Both the position numbers and the translations under genes were made by a program. A stretch of DNA of 13,751 nt from Paraspadella gotoi (Eukaryota; Animalia; Chaetognatha). The notes under the pieces were generated by a model. It saw only the letters and a list, made by a program, of their open reading frames with translations. It was not told the DNA's origin and ran no database searches. Shown here piece by piece: positions 1-6,463 of the stretch (within the stretch, counting starts at the first letter, position 1; every line of letters begins with the position of its first letter). The DNA lies in NCBI GenBank assembly GCA_051294375.1, contig JBJCIZ010000382.1:1-13751 (forward strand), given 5' to 3'.

Positions 1-690
1 TATTCCCGCCTGATTTTTTTTCTTTTTTTTTATGAATATTATTATTAATAGACCGATTTTTACGTTAATTATGTACATTTATTATTTTTTTTTTTAAATT
101 TGAATGTTTGGTAAAACTGTGGCGTTTTGACCAGGAGTCAAGACAACTCTGCGGCGTAAAAAAAAGTAGCCACTTATTTCACACCGAGAAAAACTATATT
201 GGATGGCTGAATTTCATCAAGATATAGAAACATAAAACAAAGCTTATTGAAAAATGAAGCGATTGGTCCAAGTCCTATTAAAATTAAGCAAAGCGTTCTT
301 AAGTTATAGGACGTCAAAGTTGATTGGTACAAAATATCTGATTAGAACAAATTAATTTTAGTCAAGAAGAGTTTGACTTTCCCTTATTATTAAATATTTA
401 TAATATGAAATTAGTTAAACAAAATCAGCATCAAATTTATGTAGGGGGCATTCCTGGAGATTAATGGTAAAACGAAGAGCAAGGTTTTTCTTAAGGGGAA
501 CCAGTGATAAAAATGATATCATAAGCTTAAGGGTTTGGCATCAAAGGAATTTGAATTGTGATAGTTTTTAATTTTTTTTATAGGAAAATGTTGAAAAAAA
601 TTAATTTTCCTAAAGATCAATATGCTTTGGAAGCCTATGGGAAAATGAAGAGCAAGTTTTTTTTTAAAAATTAACCGAAAAAAAAAACGA

Positions 691-1085
691 AATAGAACGG
701 AAGAGGATAATGTTTCGGGAAAAAAATAAAGGAATTCGGATATCATTTTTTTTATATAAAATTGGTATAACTTATATATATTTGGGTAAAAATTAAGGTT
801 ACAAAAAATTAAAAATAAGTGTAGGTTAACTAAAAAAATATGTTAAGGTTAAAAATAAGTTAAGGTTAGGGGTAAGTTAAGGTTAGGGGTTAATTATGGT
901 TCGGGGTAAATCAAGGTTAGGGGGAAGTTAGGGTTAAGGGTAAGTTAAAATTAGGGTTAGGAAGTTAGGGGTAAGGATAAATTTAGGTTAGGAATAAGTT
1001 AAGGGTAAATTAGTGTTAAATTTAAAATTAAATTTCGGTTTAAAAATATAATAATTTAATATTTTAAAAAATATTTTAATATTAA
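691..1085 (+). repeat. Dispersed repeat, copy 1 (contains the 17-bp array); homologous to 4031-4245
   Basis: aggataatgtttcgggaaaaaaataaaggaattcggatatcattttt here versus aggataatttttcggaaagaaaaaatttaaggaattcagatataattttt at 4041. ggtaaaa(a)ttaaggtt, aaattaaaaataagtgt, ggttaaaaataagt and aaaaatattttaat are shared in the same order. Confidence 0.75.
839..1012 (+). repeat. 17-bp minisatellite, consensus TAAGTTAAGGTTAGGGG (TTAGG/TTAGGG-related)
   Basis: In-phase units at 839-855, 856-872, 873-889 (the latter two identical), 890-906, 907-923, 924-940 and 941-957, then degenerate units to about 1012. Confidence 0.85.
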
Positions 1086-1426
1086 TAAATTTATAAAAAA
1101 ATATAATAATAATATTTACAAAATAATAGTTTTTATTATTTTAATTTAATAATTCAGAAAAAAAGATATATAAAGGTAAAAATTGCTTCTCTCTTTCTCT
1201 CAAAGTTAATCCAAATATTTATTAAAACTATTAAAACTGGCTGATAAAGGTTAAAAAAATAAAAACCAAAATATATCTAAATTATTAAATGATTGTTGTA
1301 TTCATAAATAAAAACTATTATTTTGTAAATATTTATCAAAAAAAATAATATCATTATTGTTAGTTTTATTTTTTTTTTTCCGTAAAGAAACGAACTATGG
1401 TGACTAAATCCACCAACCTGTTATCA

Positions 1427-1500
1427 GCGGCCATTGGTGCCGGAGGCAAGTCGTTCGCTCCCAACCCAAAGGTCGGGGTTCTAGCCGGTGGCGTTGGCAT
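1427..1500 (+). mobile_element. Degenerate tRNA-derived head with a Pol III internal promoter; probable SINE 5' part
   Basis: A-box-like TGGTGCCGGAGG (1435-1446), anticodon-loop-like CTCCCAA, variable-loop-like AGGTC and B-box-like GGTTCTAGCC (1477-1486) at tRNA-like spacing. The cloverleaf stems are not intact, so it is not a functional tRNA. Confidence 0.45.
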
Positions 1501-1503
1501 TAA

Positions 1504-1565
1504 GAGGGACGGGGCGCTTAACCCGCCTGTAACATGGTGTTACAGGCCTGAATCCGAAGCTCAGG
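1504..1565 (+). ncRNA. Twister-ribozyme-like motif, circularly permuted (open between P4 and P2, type-P5-like)
   Basis: GAGG (P2', 1504-07), GA, CGG (T2', 1510-12), GGCGCT, TAA (1519-21), CCC (P2), GC (T1, 1525-26), P3 CTGTAACA/TGTTACAG, G, then P4 CCTGA/TCAGG enclosing A-T-CCG-AA-GC. This fits the twister core U-A-A..GC..U-NNN-AA-GC..GA-NNN with complementary T2 (CCG/CGG) and T1 (GC/GC). Defects: P2 appears one nt short and L4 has one extra A. Confidence 0.65.
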
Positions 1566-1770
1566 GACTGCTTATATTAGAACGGTTCTGTCATTAACAC
1601 TTATCAATAATTACTGTCTCTTCACGAACTTTATTTTTCCCTCTTTGTTTTCCATAGCTTTTAAAATTTATCTTATGGAAGTAGACATTATGTATATACT
1701 CTCCTTATCGTTGTTTTGAGGTATTAAGAAAAAACAGTTTGTTTGACAACGATTTATTTGACACAACTTA

Positions 1771-1811
1771 GTCAGACATGTTTCGGCTCATTCATTTAGA
1801 GCCTTCATCAA
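1771..1811 (-). ncRNA. Minimal hammerhead ribozyme motif (PLE type), 5'-truncated at C3
   Basis: Minus strand reads TTGATGA-A-GGCTC-TAAATGAAT-GAGCC-GAAACATGTC-TGAC, with intact GAAAC, palindromic ACATGT helix III and GUC cleavage triplet; C3 is replaced by T. Confidence 0.7.
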
Positions 1812-1815
1812 AATA

Positions 1816-1855
1816 CTGATGAAGGCTCTAAATGATATGAGCCGAAATGTCTGAC
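1816..1855 (+). ncRNA. Minimal hammerhead ribozyme motif (PLE type), helix III defective
   Basis: CTGATGA (1816-22), A, GGCTC/GAGCC helix II (1824-28/1839-43), GAAA, TGTC. Lacks the CA of GAAACATGTC and the 5' strand of helix I. Confidence 0.7.
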
Positions 1856-1972
1856 TAAATTGTGTAAATAATCGTTGTCAAACAAAACTGTTTTTTCCTA
1901 ATTACTTATGGACAGTAAAATATAAAATTTAATAATTATGAAAAAAATTAGAATTTATATTAAATATTATAT

Positions 1973-2223
1973 TATGGCAACAGCCGGGTTGCTTGTGATG
2001 CCCATTGGATGGGCATCTCACTGTGGCTTTGGGGGCTTCCGACCCTCAGTGACGCCTCCAGTCACTGGGCGCGGTTACAAGGACGGTCTCGCTTTGCCAA
2101 CGCAGAGGGAAGTCGTTAGGACTGTGGATGGAACACTACGCCTGGGATGGTGTGTTCCCCCTCTGAGCCAATGGATTTGGCTGAACCGGATGGTGGACTG
2201 AGGCGGTGTGAATATACGCCACA
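1973..2223 (-). repeat. 3' LTR (251 bp) of the miniature LTR element
   Basis: Colinear with 2456-2711; differences are mostly 1-2 nt homopolymer indels. Confidence 0.9.
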
Positions 2224-2319
2224 GGATCCCCGGGCCAGACATACTCAGGTCCCTCAAGCCTGAGAGGTGTCTGACAAGATGTTACCATAGTGGGAGAGAG
2301 AGAGAGAGCGCGAGTTGTG

Positions 2320-2416
2320 GGGCATAGGCTGTTTGTCGTAGCGTACCCCAGGGGCATAGGCGTTTGTCGTAGCGTACCAAAGTCGGCAGGGCATAGGGCG
2401 TTTGTCGTAGCGTACC
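2320..2416 (+). repeat. Three copies of a 27-28 bp motif GGGCATAGGCGTTTGTCGTAGCGTACC inside the LTR element
   Basis: Copies at 2320-2347, 2352-2378 and 2389-2416, separated by 4 and 10 nt. Confidence 0.9.
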
Positions 2417-2419
2417 CTG

Positions 2420-2453
2420 AGAAGGTTGCGTGTTCGATAGTTAGGGCTCACCA
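2420..2453 (-). promoter_or_regulatory. Primer-binding site complementary to the 3' half of tRNA-Trp (extended)
   Basis: Plus strand AGAAGGTTGCGTGTTCGATAGTTAGGGCTCACCA resembles the eukaryotic tRNA-Trp(CCA) 3' half AGAAGGTTGCGTGTTCRAATCACGTCGGGGTCA+CCA (recalled from memory), including the CCA tail. Confidence 0.75.
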
Positions 2454-2455
2454 CT

Positions 2456-2711
2456 TATGGCAACAGCCGGGTTGCCTGTGATGCCCATTGGGATGGGGCA
2501 TCTCACTGTTGGCTTTGGGGGCTTCCGACCTCAGTGACGCCTCCAGTCACTGGCGCGGGTTACCCTAGGACGGTCTCCGCTTTGCCAACGCAGAGGGAAG
2601 TCGTTAGGACTGTGGATGGAACACTACGCCTGGGATGGTGTGTTCCCCTCTGAGCCAATGGATTTGGCTGACGGATGGTGGACGTGAGGGCGGTGTGAAT
2701 ATACCGCCACA
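2456..2711 (-). repeat. 5' LTR (256 bp) of the miniature LTR element
   Basis: Colinear with 1973-2223; followed on the minus strand by AG-TGGTGAGCCC. Confidence 0.9.
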
Positions 2712-2749
2712 ATATAATATTTTATTATTATATAAAAATATTTTATTAA

Positions 2750-3353
2750 CAGAAGATTTCATATTATAAATGTAAGTACCCTTTTTTTTGATATTCACTT
2801 GACAAAAGATACAGGGGTCTGAGGGGCTAAAAAATTTTAAAAATTTTTTTTTAATTTTTAAATTTTTTAGTAGCATCAGGTCATTGACGTTTTAAACATA
2901 CAAAAAACAATTTTAGAACTAAAATTGATAAATTTGCAATAATTAAGCATGGTAGAAAGATGCATGGTTCATAGTTTTATTTCCAATTTTCTCAAATTAT
3001 TTTAAATCTGATTTTAATCGTTGATGTTCATAAAGGTAAAAATTAAGGTAAATGAATATTTTTGAGGTAATAAATACGTTTTTGTAGAAGAGTAAACGTC
3101 TGTACAACTGTTTAAAACAAAAATAATAAAAAAATTAGAAAAATTTTTTTGACCATTTGTGGCCCTCAGGGGCTGCCCCCTCAGGGTCCCTTATCTCAGC
3201 TTAGGGTGGAATGTAAATACGCCTTGATAGTTTCATTTGTATCGCTATTGGTCTCCGCATGCAAAATTTCATTAAATTCTATTCAGTAGTTTTCTCGGAA
3301 CGTGTTCTGGTCACAAAAAAAGGGTACCACATTTTATAATATGAAGCCTTTTG
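2750..3353. mobile_element. MITE with about 40-bp imperfect TIRs (possibly Tc1/mariner type)
   Basis: Left cagaagatttcatattataaatgtaagtaccc(t)8g (2750-2790) versus right caaaaaaagggtaccacattttataatatgaagccttttg (3314-3353). A second inverted pair agatacaggggtctgagggg / ccccctcagggtcccttatct lies inside. Flanks are AA left and TA right. Confidence 0.8.
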
Positions 3354-3355
3354 TA

Positions 3356-4020
3356 AATATTAAAATTTTATTTTTTATTATATAAAATTTAAAATTTTAG
3401 TTAAAATTTTATTAAGCAAATATTTTATTATATTAATATTTTTTTATTTTTATATATATTTAAAAATAAAAATATTAAATTTAAATTTTATTTTTATATA
3501 ATAAGATTATTAATTAATATTTATATTTATTTTTTAAAAATAAAAATTTTATTTTTGCTAATTATAATTTTGGCATTTTTTCAATAAAACTTTAAAAATA
3601 TTTATTTTATTAATTATTAGTAAAATTGATTTGTTAAATAAATTATTTTTATAAAAAAAACTTTAAATCTTAAAAGTAATAAAAAAAATAAATTTAAAAA
3701 TATTAATTTTAAAAAAATAAATAAAAATTATTATTTTTTTTCAACTGTAAACCATTCTTAAATTATTTTTAACCTTAATCTTGGTTAGCAAAAATAAAAT
3801 TAACCTCTTTATTAATTTTTAAATATAAAAATTTACAATTTAAAAAAAATGGAATTTTTTTATTTTTATTTTACTTTAAACAGTTTTATTTTTATTTAAT
3901 TAATAAAATTTAATAAAAATTTTTTGATATTTTAAATTTTTATTTATAATTAATAATTTTTTATTATAAATTTTTCTAATAAAAAATTTTATTTGGTTCC
4001 CTTAAAGAATTAATAGAAAA
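3356..4020. repeat. Extremely AT-rich low-complexity tract
   Basis: Almost entirely A/T runs; no ORF. Confidence 0.8.
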
Positions 4021-4030
4021 AGAAGAACAA

Positions 4031-4245
4031 AATGAACAGTAGGATAATTTTTCGGAAAGAAAAAATTTAAGGAATTCAGATATAATTTTTTAATATTTGT
4101 TATTTTTGTTTTATTAATATTTAGGTAAAATTAAGGTTCAGAATAAATTAAAAATAAGTGTTAGTCAACTAGAATGGTAAGTTAGGGTTAAAAATAAGTC
4201 AGCTTAAGTATATAATTATTTAAAATTTTTAAAAATATTTTAATA
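4031..4245 (+). repeat. Dispersed repeat, copy 2 (lacks the expanded 17-bp array)
   Basis: Aligns by eye to 691-860 and then to about 1045-1085. Confidence 0.7.
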
Positions 4246-4276
4246 ATGTAATTTCTTTCATTTCGTTATAGTTAAG

Positions 4277-4400
4277 TTTTAGATGCAAAGTTTTTTGTTT
4301 AAAAATAACGAAGAAGGCTTTAATCAGAGCAGAAACATGTCCGTATTTTTGTTTCACTTTTACTATTATTTTTGAATAATAAAAAAATTTGCATCTAAAA
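4277..4400 (+). mobile_element. Second Penelope-like remnant: degenerate hammerhead inside an inverted repeat of about 32 bp
   Basis: ACG-AAGA-AG-GCTTT-AATC-AGAGC-A-GAAACATGTC-CGT (4308-4344), with potential helix I ACG/CGT and the CTG of the core missing. AATAAA at 4378-4383. Inverted arms ttttagatgcaaagtttttt.. (4277-4308) and ..aaaaaaatttgcatctaaaa (4366-4400). Confidence 0.55.
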
Positions 4401-5249
4401 AATATAAAGACAATTTTTTAAAGAATTAAAAAGAATTGTCAAGAAATGTTTTGCCCATGTAGCTTATCAGCTTTTTTGATATTGTAGAAAATTGTTTTGC
4501 GGACTTGACGATGCCATTCGAGTACGCTGTTACGGTTATGACGTTCATACTTTCAGGATCGTCTGCCTCCGTTCATCTGCGATTCATGGACTCATATTTA
4601 TGAACTTTTTATATTTGGTTTTATTACTTTTACATTTACTTTTAGTATATTCCTTACTTATGATTTGTGCCTCATTTTGTTTTAGTTTTATTTCTTTTTG
4701 GTCTTTGGTTCTTTGATTACATTTTAGACGATCATTAGAGGCTTTGACATTCTGTGCTGCCCCGCCTTCCGTTACTGTTAGTACCCGCCGGTCCGTCCTC
4801 CAAAGACGCCCCTAAGAATATTCGAGAAAACTCCTCCACCCCATTGAGATGCTTCGGTCGTCCAGAGATGATTCAAAGGTGATTATTACTTTTATTAATT
4901 AAGTTGTATTTATTATTCTGTTTGAATAACTGTATGCTTTATTTTAAGGTACCCAATTAAATATCAACAAGACGCCAAGGCCAAGTAAATAAGAATCTAT
5001 TTAAATAAACATTACGGCGCCTGCGATCTGCGATTCCGGTCTTCAGCACCATTTCTCTCCCGACGGCTTCTTCCTTTCCGCTAGGTCTAGGAGGGGGTTC
5101 TTTTGATCTTGTGAGACTGTCGCCGTTTCAAAACAGGTTGATTTGCAAGTGGTTTAAAATTTATTTCTGTTTCAAATCCTTATACATGATAACTTTAAAA
5201 TAAGATGATTAAAGAGACACAATAATTTTATGTAATAATATCGTACATA

Positions 5250-6215
5250 CATGGTGACAATTTTACAAGCGCCGGTAGAAATATGCTGTCATTGGCAAAC
5301 CAGTGGTTATTTTATTGATTTTAAAAATTAGTTGAGTAGAAAATACTAAAACTATTTGTGTTAAAATTTTATATTGATCTGTTAAGATATGCCTTCACAA
5401 TGAGTGGAGAAAGTTGGCTTTTCAAATTGGGTTTCATTTTCCAACTGCTGTTGTTAAATTCAATTTTTTTTTGAAACTTTTAGCACTTTTGTAAACAAAT
5501 TATTTATTAAAATATTAACAATATTAACATCCTCAGAAAGCCCTTAAAAATATGAAGAGAATGATATACTTACGAAAGCTCTAACATAAAAAGTAAGTTG
5601 CTCAGTAAGTGCCCAGCCTTGGTTCAATTAAGAGTGTCAAAAGTGAATTATTTAAAATTTTAAAACTTTTTTCAAAGTATATGACCTGTTTAAATTATTA
5701 TCATATAAATATTATTATTTATATAATTATCATGAAAGAGACTGAGAAAAAAAGATTTAAGATAGCCAATCACAATTTAATAAAAATTATAAATTCACTC
5801 TTCAGCTATTGACTTTTAAAAAGATGTCTCGTTTTTGAGTATCCTAATTAAATTAAAGCTGGGCCAGTTAAATTATATACTACAGTATTCGTAAGTATGT
5901 CATTCTCTTTAGATTTTAAAGGGCTTTCAGAAAATAATAATATTAATATCATTTTATTTTTAATTTTTCAGAAAACATATTGAAAGTAAGAGAAAAATAT
6001 TAAATCTAAAAAAAAGGGTTTAAAAATTCGAGACGATTTTTAAATGCATCTTCCTGCTATCATTGCTGAGGCATATCAAAGTCGATTCTGATAAAATTTG
6101 CATATATAAATAGTTTGGGTTTTTACTTTTAAATTCATATTTAATATTGAAAAAATCTTCATGGGTTTCCAAATGACAGCGTTTTTCTACAGGCGCTTGT
6201 AAAATTGTCACCATG
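5250..6215. mobile_element. Fold-back MITE, 966 bp, about 55-bp TIRs plus long internal inverted repeats (Tc1/mariner-like termini)
   Basis: catggtgacaattttacaagcgccggtagaaatatgctgtcatt (from 5250) is the near-perfect reverse complement of aatgacagcgtttttctacaggcgcttgtaaaattgtcaccatg (to 6215). Inner arms at about 5529-5660 and 5815-5935 (gaaagccctt..agagaatgatatacttacgaa / ttcgtaagtatgtcattctct..aagggctttc). Flanks are TA left and TC right. Confidence 0.85.
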
Positions 6216-6463
6216 TCAAGCTCATCCACCAAAAAGAAGAAAAAAAAAGTGGGAGTGAGATTGGGCGTTGTTTGTTCACACGCTCATTTCATTTATACTC
6301 TTACAGTACCTTGTTTGGGTACAAAAACAGATTTTTCTTAACACATTCTTTAAACCGATTTAAATCTAATATCTGAAATCGTTAAATTAAACTTTACTTC
6401 ACCATATTTTTAATGTTCCACCCTTTAAATAGTCTAATTGATTATTTAATTTCCTAAATTTAG

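Larger units (their letters stand above)
1721..1905. mobile_element. Long palindrome of two inverted Penelope-like pseudo-LTR fragments, each with a minimal hammerhead motif
   Basis: Arms 1721-1810 and 1817-1905 are near-perfect reverse complements around a 6-nt spacer AAATAC. Both arms start at a hammerhead core, and the minus arm has AATAAA downstream (plus-strand tttatt near 1753). Confidence 0.75.
1973..2711 (-). mobile_element. Complete non-autonomous miniature LTR retrotransposon (TRIM-like, Gypsy-type signals), 739 bp
   Basis: Direct repeats 1973-2223 and 2456-2711; minus-strand termini TGTGGC...GCCATA; ATAT on both flanks (1969-1972, 2712-2715); TGG-initiated PBS 2 nt after the 5' LTR; 232-bp internal region with no credible ORF. 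The PPT is weak (only GGGGA-TCC before the 3' LTR). Confidence 0.85.

Noticed and set aside
180-560. Decayed coding-like sequence
   Set aside because: Multiple stops in all frames and no recognisable motif.
839-1012. True telomere or interstitial telomeric array
   Set aside because: The period is 17 bp rather than 5 or 6, and it is embedded in a dispersed repeat.
1427-1500. Functional tRNA gene
   Set aside because: Acceptor, anticodon and T stems do not pair properly, and there is no oligo-T terminator right after it.
2243-2263. Twister P4-like hairpin CTCAGG-TCCCTCAAG-CCTGAG in the LTR element
   Set aside because: The loop is the wrong length and there is no properly placed UAA-P2-GC or GA-GGG partner.
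2320-2416. CRISPR array (three repeats of 27-28 bp)
   Set aside because: Spacers are only 4 and 10 nt, there are no cas genes, the context is eukaryotic, and the repeats lie inside an LTR element.
1938-2876. Short ORFs overlapping the miniature LTR element
   Set aside because: Frames differ between the two LTR copies and show no gag or pol motifs; a by-product of GC richness.
3545-3801. 17-bp inverted pair aattttatttttgctaa / ttagcaaaaataaaatt
   Set aside because: It lies in a nearly pure A/T tract where such matches are weak evidence.
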